Below are positions 12,367 to 25,640 of a DNA stretch of 64,000 nt, piece by piece. The notes under the pieces were generated by a model that saw only the letters and a list, made by a program, of their open reading frames with translations, was not told the origin of the DNA and did no database searches. The position numbers were made by a program, and so were the translations under genes. Origin of the DNA: Camelus ferus (taxonomy: Eukaryota); the NCBI RefSeq assembly GCF_009834535.1, contig NC_045697.1, positions 73,720,001 to 73,784,000 on the forward strand. The letters are read 5' to 3'. The stretch's first letter is position 1; each line of letters starts with the position of its first letter.

Positions 12367-14286
12367 AATTAGTTGCATTTCTTTACACTAACGATGAATT
12401 AACAGAAGAAGAAAGTAAAGAAACAGTCCCCTTTAATATAGCACCCAAAGTAATAAAATACCTAGGAATAAATCTAACCAAGGAAGTGAAAGACTTATAC
12501 ATGGAAAACTATAAACCATTGATGAAGGAAATTAAAGAAGACTTTAAAAAATGGAAAGATAGCCCATGCTCCTGGATTGGAAGAATCAATATTGTTAAAA
12601 TGGTCACACTGCCCAAGGCAATCTACAGATTTAATGCAATCCCTATCAAATTACCCAGGACATATTTCACAGAACTAGAACAAACCATAATAAAATTTAT
12701 ATGGAACCACAAATGATCTAGAATTGCCAAAGCATTACTGAAGAAAAAGAAAGAGGCTGGAGCAATAACTCTCCCAGACTTCAGACAATAATACAGAGCT
12801 ACAGTAATCAAGACAGCATGGTGTTGGTACAAAAACAGACATATGGACCAATGGAACAGAATAGAGAGCCCAGAAGTGAACCCACAAACTTTTGGCCAAC
12901 TAATCTTCGACAAAGGAGGCAAGAATATACAATGGAATAAAAACAGTCTCTTCAGCAAATGGTGTTGGGAAAACTGGACACCAGCATGAAAAAGCAATGA
13001 AGCTAGAACACTCCCTTACACCACACACAAAAATCAACTCAAAATGGATCGAAGACTTAAACATCAGACAAGATACAATAAAACCTCCTAGAAGAAAATA
13101 TAGGCAAAACATTATCTGACATACATCTCAAAAATGTTCTCCTACGGCAGTCTACCCAAGCAATAGAAATAAAAGCAAGAATAAACAAATGGGACCTAAT
13201 TAAACTTACAAGCTTCTGCACAGCAAAGGAAATCATAAGTAAAACAGAACGACAACCTATGGAATGGAAGAAAATTTTGCCAACGATGAAACCAACAAAG
13301 GCTTTATCTCCAGAATATATAAGCAGCTCATACGACATAAGAAGAAAAAAATAAACAACCCAATCCAAAAATGGGCAGAAGACCTAAACAAGCAATTCCC
13401 CAAGGAAAGAATACAAATGATCAATAGGCACATGAAAAAATGCTCCATATCACTAATTATCAGAGAAATGCAAATCAAAACTACAATGAGGTATCACCTC
13501 ACACCAGCCAGAATGGCCATCATTCAAAAGTCCACAAATGTCAAATGCTAGAGAGGCTGTGGAGAAAAGGGAACCCTCCTACACTGCTGGTGGGAATGCA
13601 GTTTGGTGCAGCCACTGTGGAAAACAGTATGGAGATTCCTCAAAAGACTAGGAATAGACTTAACATATGACCCAGGAATCCCTCTCCTGGGCATATATCC
13701 AGAAGGAACCCTACTTCAAAAAGACACCTGCACCCCAATGTTCATAGCAGCACTATTTACAATAGCCAAGACATGGAAACAGCCTAAATGTCCACCAATA
13801 GATGACTGGATAAAGAAGAGGTGGTATATTTATACAATGGAATACTATTCAGCCATAAAAATGACAACATAACACCATTTGCAGCAACATGGATGTTCCT
13901 GGAGAATGTCATTCTAAGTGAAGTAAGCCAGAAAAAGAAAGAAAAATACCATATGAGATAGCTCATATGTGGAATCTTTTTTAAAAAAATGAACATAAAT
14001 ACAAAACAGAAACAGACTCATAGACATAGAATACAAACTTGTGGTTGCCAAGGGGACAGAGGGTGGGAAGGGACAGACTGGGATTTCAAAATGTAGAATA
14101 GATAAGCAAGATTATACTGTATAGCACAGGGAAATATATACAAGATCTTGTGTTAGCTCACAGCAAAAAAAAATGTGACAATGAATATATGTATGTTCAT
14201 GTATAATTGAAAAATTGTACTCTACACTGGAATTTAACACAACATTGTAAATTGACTATAAATCAATAAAAAATGTTTAAAAAAAA
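12367..14286 (+). mobile_element. Young 5'-truncated LINE-1 (ORF2 C-terminal part, 3'UTR, poly-A); ORF2 disrupted
   Basis: ORF2 peptides [60 protein letters not shown] in shifting frames; stop at 12714-12716; AATAAA and A tail; perfect TSD agaattgtcttta at 12354-12366 and 14287-14299. Confidence 0.97.
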
Positions 14287-14299
14287 AGAATTGTCTTTA

Positions 14300-14551
14300 T
14301 TTTTTTTGAAGTATAGTCAGTAAGTATACACTATGCTGTATACCAGTTAATTTCTGGTATACAGCATACTGATTTAGTCATACTATATATGTAAAAATAT
14401 ATTTGTTTTCATATTCTCTTTCATTATAGGTTAATACAAGGCATTGGATGTAGTTCCCTGTACTATACAGTAGGGCCATGATGTTTAACTATTTTATTCA
14501 TAGTATTTAGTATCTGCAAATCCTGAACTCCCAATTTATCCCTCCACCCCC
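14300..14551 (-). mobile_element. Older LINE-1 3'UTR fragment
   Basis: T tail then gaagtatagtc..tttctggtatacagcata..tagttccctgtactatacagtagg..tcctgaactcccaatttatccctcc; right flank tagaattatcttt. Confidence 0.88.
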
Positions 14552-15179
14552 TAGAATTATCTTTTTTGTTTCTTCTCTTCCTCCAGTACCTTGGTGGGAC
14601 ATACCTCATTTCTTCTGAGGACTTTTGTAATCATCTTTAAGTTATCTCCCTATATGGAAATCCTCTTAAAACTTTTTTAAATTAAAATTTTCTCAAATCT
14701 CAAAAGTAACGTGTTAGCCTCGATCTGTGAACCTAGGGAAAGCTGTACAAAGTACCACCTTTTCCTCACGCCAAGACACTGAATAAACTGGTACTCGTCT
14801 TTTACATGGTCAACAACATACAACATACATGGTCATTTATAAGATTACTTTTACTGCTGTTTTTACAAAATGGGATAGACCCAGATGTCCTGTATGCTCA
14901 TTTAGAGGTTCCTAAAGCCAGACTCTAACACACTGATATAGCTCAGTAATTTATGGGTTATGTCTCAGTGATTTGTTACTTTTGCTTATCAGAGTAGTTA
15001 TCACTTATTATAATCACATACTTCATTGCCTGTTAGATTCTTAGCACTGTGAGGATAGAGTAGCCATGACTATCGTGTTCATTGTATAATCCTAATACCT
15101 AGAGCAAGGTCTGGTGTCGGAAGTGTTTTAAATGAGCACTTGGATAGTTAAATAGCAATAGCATATAAGGTGTCACTAA

Positions 15180-15400
15180 AACAAGAGCTGAAATTTATTG
15201 AGACCACACTAGGGACCTGTGCTCCGAGGCCGGGCTAGGTGCTTACCTGCATTATCTGTTTTACTACTCCAAACCTAGGAAGTCAGCACTACTACTACTC
15301 CCATTTTACAGATGAGGGAATTGAAGCTTAGAGAAATTGTCATTTAGCTACTGACAGTGGGTAAAAACTTTGGGACTTTAATTATGGTCTGATTCCATGC
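15180..15400 (-). mobile_element. MIR SINE
   Basis: atttattgagacc..cccattttacagatgagggaattgaagcttagagaa. Confidence 0.7.
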
Positions 15401-16202
15401 TATTAGTAACTGTGGAGCTAACAAACGAATTACCTTTTTAAAAATATGAGTGTCTTTCAAAATTTTCCTAAAATACACATTGTCGCTCACTTGCATTTTA
15501 TTAGAGCTTCTTTAACAGGGAATTTTAATTGATCAAGGAGTGGTCACAGAGAGCAGTCAGCATTTCTCATTCCTGCAGCCTCTCCATTCCCTTGGGTGGC
15601 CCACAGAGAGCAACCCTGACTGATAAATTCTTCATAGTCAGGATTGTCAATCATATGAATTATTTCTTTTTTGAGACAGGATTTTTAATAATTGGATAAT
15701 TGTTTTAATCTGGTCAACAGTTGAAGCAACTAGGGTTAATATTTTTGCTGCAGTAAACCCTGTTTTCATTCTATTATGTATATTTTCATTCTAAAATGTA
15801 TTTTCCATATGGTTTATTCTATTAAGTGTATTTTGCTCGAAGGTTGAAAGATCTCTGACAGGGTGTCCAAAGTTTTCTTAAATATTACCCAAATACCCCC
15901 TTTTGTTTCCTATATGAACTAACATGGAAAATATTTTGTTTTCTTGGCCGTTTGGAGTAAGAGGTAGAGTTTTGTATCCTGGCAGCATTGCTTATGAACA
16001 ATAAATGGTCCCTGAACTGCTGTTTAGAGAAACAGGGTATGCAGAGCTGTGCAATGCTGGACTAGAGACATTTCTTTCTTTGCAGATTGGTTTAGAAAAA
16101 AGATGAAAAATGAGGAATTTGATCAGGAGATTAAGAATTTTGAAAATAGAGATTAAACAGAAATGGTATTGTTTTTCTATGTCATGTGTAATATAAATCC
16201 CC

Positions 16203-16740
16203 TGTGCAGAAATGAGTTAACACAGTAGACCTGATTTCTATTCCTTGAGAGTCCTGCTTACAAGGTTGACCCTTGGTTGGTATCTGGGAGGTTAGATTTC
16301 AGGGAAGCAGGGGGAACTGTTTCCAAAACTGATAAAAGTGGCTCATTGTACCTCAGCTGTTCAGACAATGTGGTTCTTCCTGAACACCTGCTTTCCCTCT
16401 GGGTGTTTGGAATTTGGGTGTCAGGCAGAGGGTGCCTCCAATAAAAACCCCTGGCACTAAGCTTTTATCAAGCTTCCTGGTTGGCAACAGCTACCAAGGA
16501 GGGGTCACAACTCATGTCGGGGGAATTCAGCACATCCTGTGTTACTCCACTGGGAGAGGACCCTTTGGAACTTATACCCAGTTTTCCCCGGACTTCATCC
16601 CATGGGCCTTTTCCCTTTGCCAATTGAGCGTGGTAGGCTTTTTCTGTAATAATCTTAGCTGAGTATGACTATATACTGAGTCTTACAAATTTTCCAAGCA
16701 AACCACCAAACCTGGGGGTGATCTTGGGAGACTTTCAACA
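16203..16740 (+). mobile_element. MER21-type ERVL solo LTR
   Basis: TG...CA termini; tgtgcagaaatgagttaacacag..cctgcttacaaggttgacccttgg..ataaaaacccctggcac..ggggtgatcttgggagac. Confidence 0.85.
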
Positions 16741-17237
16741 AAGCATCTTACTCACTATTACTAAAAGTCTTAAGCTCATCACACATCTTTTTTTTTTTTT
16801 TTCAGTGGCTCTATCTATCTTTTTTGGTTTTGGTAATCTCTTATTTTTCCTAACCACCATCCCCTCTATCTCCACACTTCCAATACACTATCAAAAATTT
16901 TCTGGTTATTTGTGTAGGCTTTCCTTTCTAAGAAATTATAGGAACATTTTTCTATTTCCTCAAAATATCACAGAGGGACTTCAATTTAAAAATTTGTTAA
17001 ATCCCTTGATAGTCTGAATGAGCTCTGTTGATTTTTAGTGTTTCTCTTAGAGGCTATTTTAGGTTGAGTGGTCAGAGAAGGTCACCCTTTTCTTCCTCCC
17101 TTCCCCGCATTTCTTTTCCCCTGGAAGTATTACTAGACATCTATTGAGTTTTCACTGTGCACCCAAGTATTTTTTAAACATTGGAAATATAATAATGAAT
17201 AAAGTGGACCCCCTATTAAGAAGCCTGTGGTCCAGCG

Positions 17238-17459
17238 GCATGGTTCTCACCCAAGGTTGATTTTGTCTCCCAGGGGACATTTGGCTTGTCTGGAGACATT
17301 TTTTGATTGTCACCACCGGGACAGTGCTACTGACACCAAGTGAGTAGAAGCCAGTGAAGTTGTTAAATAAACATCCTACAGTATAAATGGAACAGCTCTT
17401 CCGACCCCAACAAAGAATTATACCATCCAAAATAATAGTGCCAAGGTTGAGATGCCCTG
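17238..17459. mobile_element. MER20 hAT-Charlie MITE within an L2 remnant
   Basis: ggttctcacc..gattttgtctcccaggggacatttggc..tctggagacatttttt..aatagtgccaaggttgaga..ccctg. Confidence 0.88.
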
Positions 17460-17509
17460 ACCTAGTAGGAGAAACAGGCATATAAACAGATAATTTTAGT
17501 AGAATGTGA

Positions 17510-18400
17510 AAGCTGCTGGTTGGCTTCCTCTCTTGCAGGGATCTTGTGCTCTGTCCTACCTTAGCCACTCACTCCCACTGCTTGGGCCCCGACCTACTAC
17601 CTTTTCATTTTCACCCCCTCACAACTTTGCATTTCCCCTGATGAGGTTAAATTCCGTGGTCAGTTGCTATAGTCATTCCTTTTCACCCCCACCATTCTCC
17701 CACATCCATCTCCCTGGGCAGGCCTCCCTTGGCTAATCACAGCATGACTAAAGCCAAGTCCACCCCTGGTCCAGACCCACAATACAGCTGACTTTGATGG
17801 TTTCACTTTAAATTCATGATCACTGACCATCCAGTGAGCCTGGATGCTACCATCACATTTCTTCAGTCCCTTCTTTCTTTCACTCAACAGTTTCATACCT
17901 CATCCTCTCTCTTAACATTTTCTGTTCCTTCTTTCCCTTCAAGTTGCTTGGGCTGTTTCCAATGTCACAGAGAAAATAAAAACCATGAGAACTTCAAGCT
18001 CTCATTGCCACAGTTACTTACATACAGGCACCTGGCCCCAAGTCCTCTGTCTTCTTGCCATTATGAAGGGTGAACGCCACAGGTCAACCACCAGTTCTAA
18101 CCCCTCTCATTTGCTCAAGGACATCGCTCTAGGAACTCCATCCCGTTTCCCTGCATCATCATTCTTCCCCTCTCTACTGACTCTTTCTTGCCAACATTAA
18201 ACTATGCTGTTATTTTCCCCATCTTAAAAAACCTTCCTCTCCTGACCCCTCTTTTTCCTCCATCACTGCTCCATTTCTCACCTTCCCTTCACAAAAAAAC
18301 TCATTGAAATAGTTCTATGTATTTGCTGCTTTGAATTTTCGCCCTTCTGTTCTTTCCTGAACCAGTTCAGGTTTCTACCAGCAGTATTCTTCCCAGTCTG
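17510..18400 (+). mobile_element. L2 LINE internal fragment
   Basis: Pyrimidine-rich L2 ORF2-like text: tcactttaaattcatgatcactgacc, atgctgttattttccccatcttaaaaaaccttcctc. Confidence 0.6.
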
Positions 18401-21400
18401 TTCTTGTCATCCTCATACCGTCTTGCAGTGGTAAGTCATCGTCTCATAAGTCAGATGGAGGAGGGGAGCTCAGGGGCCTCCTTGACATCCAGGACTGGGC
18501 TCAACCAGATCCCACTGTTCCTGTTTCTTTCATGGACAGCACAGTCCCGTTCAACTCTGATTTGTGACTTCATGTTTACCTCCTCATGCTAATTAGTGGC
18601 TTTAAGCTCAATTCCATTGAAAAATAGTCCAATTGGTCAATTCATATTTTCAGGCCAGGCTTCATCATATATTACCGGCTGGGTATAGACCGGCTGATTT
18701 GGTGCAGGTATGCATTGGCCAGATCTGTGCAAAAACAGCCCATTGTTGCTTCTCTGAGTTGACAGCTAAGGGAAAGGCAGCTTTACCAAAGAAGGAACAC
18801 TGGGCACTGAAGACAGTATGATGAAGCCAGTGTAGTGGCACTCAGTACATTTCAAATCTCCTCCTTCTCTAATGGCATTAATCACATACTGCTTTGTAAT
18901 ATAGTCATCCTTGTATACTGCATGTGGCATTCTCTAGATTTAAATGCCTGCATTCAGGACTGTCTTAGTTATCTCCTTATCTCTCTGCCAGTTGACTCAG
19001 TGTCCTCAGCTTGATAAAGCCACAGTAGGGTAGTATGGGTAGTATAAAAGGAACATTTACACTTAGGGCTTTGGACTTGAAGATTATTTTCCCAGTTCTT
19101 ACCAGGCTTTGTTCGGTCCTCATGACCAACTGTCTCTTCTTCTACTGGTACTTCTTCCTAGCTCTATGCTAGACTGTAAACTCTGAGTGGGAAATACAGT
19201 GACTCTCTTGTATTTCCTGCTGTATTCCTGGAACCCTGCTCCATAGCCTAGCCGATCGTAGATGACTGGAAAATTTTAACCAAATGAATAGCAACTAAGC
19301 ATTGGTCTCAGACCAGTCCCTTTGGCTCCATTTTTACAGCTCCCTGGCTAGCCCTTTGTGATCCATCTTCTGCAATATCTTTGTCTATTCATTATACTCT
19401 TTCCCTACTCTTATTCCCTACCTTCTCCCCATGTCTGTGGGAAGCCTGACAAGGTACAGTGCATTGAATAATGTAGACATGCAATACATCTGTAGCAAAC
19501 AAATTATCTTCCTGGGAGTGTAACCTACTGCCTCATGGGCCACTACTATGAACATGGCTATCTGCTTTTCTTCTGCCCACCACTATCACATGCAACAGGA
19601 AAAGAATAAGACCATTTAATAATAAAGTAAGTGTTACTCCTAATAAAGATAAGAGCTATATTACAGCTAAGTTATGTATCTTTTAAAGGCAAATTTTAAA
19701 ATGGTTCTACATTCGACTACTTAGCGTTCAGGGAAGGGTTTGGAGTTTTCATGGTCTCCAGTCATTTTTTCTTTTATTTTTTAATACCCATGTTTTGGAC
19801 ATTTCACAGATCATTGGAGTACCTACTAGAGGAGAAGAAATATAAATAGAAAAGGAACTAAAATTAAAATTTATTGACTGAGTTGTGTGCCCATAATTCT
19901 GATAGTTTAAAAAAAAAAATGGGGAGGTAAAAACTGGTAGAAGGAGGTAGGAGGCTAAAATCCTCCTTAGAGGAACCTAATCCTTAGAGTGTGAGAGTGA
20001 CTATGAAATTCCTGAAGATTCTTATTTTCCATTAGAATGCACTCTGGGAAACCAGCTATGGTATTCTCTATATGATAGGTCAGTTTTTCTGGCAAAGAGG
20101 ACCATATACTCTCAGTGTGAAGCATTTCACATGTGGGAGAGGATCTGGACTGGAGGGAAACTGTGATAGAAATGAGCGAGAAGAGTGAATTACACACATG
20201 TTTGAGTTGAAGCTGCTCCTGGCAAGCTGTAAATTATGAGACAGTCATTTATAAGAAAGTCCATAATTGCTAGAGGAATTTCTGTGTTAATCATCAGGTG
20301 ACAGATTCAATAAAATAAAAAAATAAAAATATCAGTGCCAATTTATGTAGGGTACTCTCTCCTTTCCCAAGTCAATTATTGGCTATTCTCTGTTGATGAT
20401 TGAGGAATGATAGCACCTTAATTAGCTATTTTTCCTTGAAGAAAATCACATTGCTTTGATTTAAGCACACCCATACCAACTATCCAGGAGGTCTGCAGCT
20501 TCAAAATACATTTCAAAGAATCCCAAAGCCAGTCCCTGTGGTTGAAATAAAATGACAATATAAAACATAATTTTAGCTCCTATTTGAGAAGATTAAATTC
20601 TGTTTTAATATAAAACATCTTTTTTTTTGCTCTACAGTTACTATATTAGACTGAAAATTCATACTAAAAAAGTCAATAAAGATTAATTGTATTTGTACGA
20701 AGTATGGACTTGCCTGAATCATACCGATGTGAAGAATGACAAATACCACCCTGATGGAAAGAATAACTATAAATTTTAAAATACAAATCAGTTGTTAGGC
20801 ATATTAATTTTCTCTTCCTCCTAGTTCAGTGAACTATTTTGTGTGTCTTATTTTCTGTGACTTGAACAAAAATTTTAATTTATAAAATGTTTTCTTTTAG
20901 TGGGGAGGGAGTTGGTTATTAAATACTCTCTCAAATAAGCAGAACAGGCCACTGTAAGTCATAGTTGTCTGAGATGATTTTTTTAATAGTTACACAGCAA
21001 AAGCAAGGAAGCCTAAGTTTGTTTGTTTGTTTTTCTGTTTGCTAGCTATTTCAGCTACATTACCTGAGTTAGCTATCAGCTTTTCAGCAATTTTATGGGT
21101 CCTCCTTCCTTATTCTAAAACTTTTCATTTTCTTGAGTTCTAATTTTAATTTCCATGTGTCTCCCCAATCTATTTTAATTCTGTTTTTACCCATTCAAAT
21201 GAGTAAAGTCATCGTAATAAGTACTATGAAGAACTGCAAAGTTGATTTAAAAAACATCTTTCCCCCAGTGAGTTTACATTCTAATAGGAATAAATAATGG
21301 CTACTTAAATAACTGGGAAACAAGACAGGCAGAGCTACTTGGGGAAGAGTGGTATACACAAAGGGTTATGAGAATCCAGAAAACGGAAACAATGAATCCT

Positions 21401-22139
21401 GGATAGAGAGACTAAAATACGTCTCACAGAGGAAAGTGTGCTTGTGCTGAGTCTTTACGGACAGGTATTGTTTGTATATATTGGGGTAGGAAAATGGGCA
21501 GACACAACTACGTGAGATGACCAGACTGAGTTAACTGATAGCAATTTATATTTCTTCTCTCTCTTTAAAACTTGGTGATCCCATATTCCTTTTGGGAAAC
21601 ATGGAGTAGCTTAGTCTATAGTGAGGTTGATACCCAGCAGTCCCTTTATGGCAATGGTCCACGCAGAAATGGACAATCAGGAACTGTTACTCACAGTGTT
21701 GCTGACACAAAATACATATCTGCATCTTGACTAAGTCGTTAAATGGAAATAAAATGATATGCCAGTAAATGGCCTGTACAACATAACCTTCTTTCTAAAA
21801 ACAGAAAGCACCATGTACTTTATTCATGATAGGAATTGTAAAATGAGATTTTATTCTTTTCTTTTTTTTTTAATCATAGAAATATCTTTTAATTTTTACA
21901 CTTAGCCTTCTGATTAGCATGTAATAGTTGCTAAAGACTGTAGTGTTGGAAAATTAAGGAAGAAATAATGCACACAAGATAGGAGAGATGTTTTTAATAA
22001 TTTTTAAATGACTAATGGTTTCTGTCAGCTTGACTAACTATAGCTCTGTATATAGTCCTATGGATTTTTAACCCAGTTTTTGAGTCTCCATTATTTACTA
22101 AGATGGCAGTGATGTAGATGAGAATATTTCTATAATTCT

Positions 22140-22720
22140 TCCTAATGATGATATGAAACCCAGAAGCTCTAAAGAAAAAAATATTCTCACATTTGACTTC
22201 ATAAAACCAGAATATTTTTATATGAAGGGACACTATAAACAAAGGTCAAAGACACTACACACTGGAGAAGATATTTTCAGGGCGTATGGTAAAAGGTAAA
22301 TACCACTTTGCATAGAAAGTATTTGCAAATCAACTTCTTTTTTAAATAACATAAATGCTGTTAAGCATATGAAACTATTCCTGACCTCATATCAATTTTA
22401 CTTATAAGCTAGGGAAGATTTAAAAGAATATTAATATAGTCTTGGTGAAATTAGCGTGATCGTGGACTATTTATACTTTTGGGAAGTATAAATTGCTGTA
22501 ACATTTCAACAAAGTATTTAGTAGTATTTCTCAAAAGTTCACAATCGCTTTGACCCAGGAATTCTGCTTCTATGAATTTATCCTACAGTTATATATAAAC
22601 ATAAATGAAACATACAAGTATGACCACCTTAACAGTGATTGTCATAGCAAAAAAAAAAAAAAAAACCTAAAATTTGTCCATAGGAACTGATTACATAAAT
22701 TACTATAAATTTTTACAAGT
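22140..22720 (+). mobile_element. Old L1M (L1ME/MC-like) ORF2 3' fragment
   Basis: aaacccagaagc..atttgacttcataaaa..tttgacccaggaattctgcttctatgaatttatcctaca. Confidence 0.65.
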
Positions 22721-22754
22721 GTGTTTCCACTTTGCTTTTTTTAAGATACAAATT

Positions 22755-22868
22755 TTACTTACAAACCAGAAATAGACTCATGGACATAGTAAACAAACTG
22801 TGCTTACCAGGGGTGAGAAAGCAGGGGGAGAGATAGATTAGGAGTTTGGGATTAATATATGCATGTAT
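22755..22868 (+). mobile_element. LINE-1 3'UTR fragment
   Basis: ttacaaaccagaaatagactcatggacatagtaaacaaact..ttaccagggg, homologous to 14000-14060. Confidence 0.75.
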
Positions 22869-25124
22869 CCATTTTGTAATCTCAAGAAAAACTTTAAGTA
22901 TGGTTAGGTAAGAGAGGCAAAGAAGATAAAAACTGTTTAAAATGTTAACTTTACCATATATTACAAAAATGTGTGAAGTAAAAGATGAAAACATTGCTCA
23001 TCCCACAACGACACTCCCACTGTCAGAATTTGCCACTGTTAGCAAGTAGGTATCCTTTCAGAATATCTGTGTATACTTTAAAGCCATGGCCAACTCTGCT
23101 TTTACTAAACCAAGATGCATTAAACATTAGTTTTTAAATCCCATAATAAGATACAAAGTAAATAGCACCCCAAAAAATTACACTTCCCTAGTCTACAGTT
23201 TCCAACAAAACTGAAATCACAGAGGCACTGTACAGCTGTGCTTTCTACAGGGAAGAGTTTAATTTCTACACTTCTGTGACGTTAAATGTTGCAGACAACA
23301 CTGGCAATGAAGCTTCTCTGAGCCTTAACCTTTTTCATCCAAACTTCCTGGTTTTCACCTCATATATTATAAATGATTTGCTTCCTATTTTAGAGCAATC
23401 ATGTTTTATAATTTCCATCATCTTTTCTTGCAGCAGCTCTTTTTCATTCTCAATAGCCTTCCCCTTCCCCTTTCTCTTTAAAATCCAAAAGTTTATTTAG
23501 ATTGTTTTAATTCAGCAAACATTGAGCAATGCTGGAACAATTGCTATAAACAGTGTGTAGACACCTGGCTAACCCATAATTCTCATTTAAACCAGTCAGT
23601 AGCTGGAATTAGTTCAATTTATTATTTTCTTTTGAGTTGAATTATCTTCTTTCCCTGCCTTATGAGACTCTCCTTACTTCCCTTTTTCTCCTTCTCTTTG
23701 TTCACTTCTTCCTCCTCTCCTCTCATTCCCTTGCTCTCCTCTTCTCTCCCTTCCTACCATCCCTGCTCATCCTCTCACTGCCAACTCTACATTCTCCTTC
23801 CACATTGTTTCAGCTACCACGTGTGTCAGAACAGAACTTCAGGATTGCTCTGGCAACTAAAACTCAATGTATACCATGGCTTCTCCTGTTGGCTTTAGCA
23901 AGAAAGGACATGAGCACGATTGTTCCTCATTATCCCTCTGGCTGTAGCCCAGCCCAGAACAAGAAGGGAACACAGTAACTGGAGGGGGTAAAAACTTTCA
24001 CTTTCAGAATTTATGTTCTGCAACATATGGATGTATGTTGCCTTCTGTATACAGGAACCTCTTTGCTTTGATCATTATCTTCTATTAAATTTTTTGAGAC
24101 ATCCTGTTGCTTTCAGTTATACCATCACTATCTCATTATCTGTAACTCCTTAATCCTATGCACATTTACCTCTTTAGTCATTTGCTTCTGTCTAATTGCT
24201 GCCCTTCACTCACTTCTGCTTTCACCCATCCCTTTGGCAATGCAGTAGCAACATGCACAATCAAGATACTGACCCTTCAATTTGTTGGAAGATACTGCAA
24301 ATTTCTAACATGCCTACAAATGAAGTAATTTTTTGTATTGCTTTCCAATAACACATGAAGGGATGAGATAGAATGGGAATACCATGACAAATAAACCTAG
24401 GACCCTGTAAGATAAAAGAGATTTATGTGTTGGTTCTTAATAACTGGAAGTCTAAAAAGTCTAGTCTGCTATTGAGACATTATACTTGTGATTGTGCAAA
24501 AAGAACGTAGGAGGTGCTGTGAAGAGAGATGTTTCTTCAGCCCTCTAAAATATGAAATTTACTAAGAGAAACACCACAGTCTTAACTGATTTCTTTACCT
24601 CTTGGATCATTCTCATCCACACTTTCATTTTAGAAAAATCTTTCTAACAGCATTCCAATCTTTTCTCCAAGTTCTAAACCCCTTAGTGTGGCATCCATCC
24701 ACATGGTTAGTCTTCCCTCCCTCCTGCCATTCTGCCGCCAGGTATCTATCCCATTGTCTTAGTGACTTTTCAGTATTCCCTGATACAGTTCTCTTCGAGC
24801 CCAGGCTCTCCCTTCTGTCTAGAGTCCCTTCCCCCACTCCTCTGCGTGACTCCTTTCCTCTGCCAGATGTCTCTCCTCAGTTCCAGAGTCTCCACTTTGT
24901 GCCTGACCCCCTGAGCAAGCATAGAGACTTCTTTCTCTACTCCTATCGTCCTCACACATAGCTCCATCACAGTCCCTATATATCATTATACATACTCTTG
25001 TAAATTCCTTGTGTAGTGTATCCAGCTCCTCATTATATTGTACTTTTCTGCAATCAGAAACCATATCTTTTTATCTCTATGACCTTGGCATCTAGAATAG
25101 GTACCTGTTATTTAGAAGATTCCT

Positions 25125-25640
25125 GTATCAATGAGATTTCTTTCTTGTAAGCCACTAAAACCAATTGTGGCTAAGTTAGTCAGAAAAGAAATGCATTAAT
25201 AAAATGTGGGTGGATTACAGAATTAAGGAGAAGGCTGGATGGAGAAATAGGCTTAGAAAATGGGCAGGAACCAATGGATTCAGGGCAGCAAAACCAAGAC
25301 TAAAGCTAAACCACACGAATAGTCCAGTTACCTTGTCTATGCTATTGGATGTCACCATTGTGAACATGTGGTGCTGCCCCCACTGGACTCTCAATACTTT
25401 TAAATGATTTCTACTTCCTGTTTCACTACCTCCACTTTCAAAATTCTGGGTGCAAGCATCCAGATATCTGAGCCTAGTTCATGAACCTATACCTCAGTTT
25501 ATTGGTAGTAGTGATAGGGAGGTAAAGAGAAGTAGGCTTTACATCCCACAAATCTATACGATGGACAATTCCTCCAAACAGGAAGGACAATTACACACTG
25601 AGTAGCCAAAAAAAAAAAAAAAATACAGATGCCCACAAGA
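25125..25640 (-). mobile_element. MLT1 LTR (old subfamily)
   Basis: tgtatcaatgagatttc..tggctaagttagtcagaaaagaaat..ctgagcctagttcatg. Confidence 0.5.

Noticed and set aside
23637..23978. Leu/Ser/Phe-rich membrane-like ORF
   Set aside because: Translation artefact of a CT-rich low-complexity tract.
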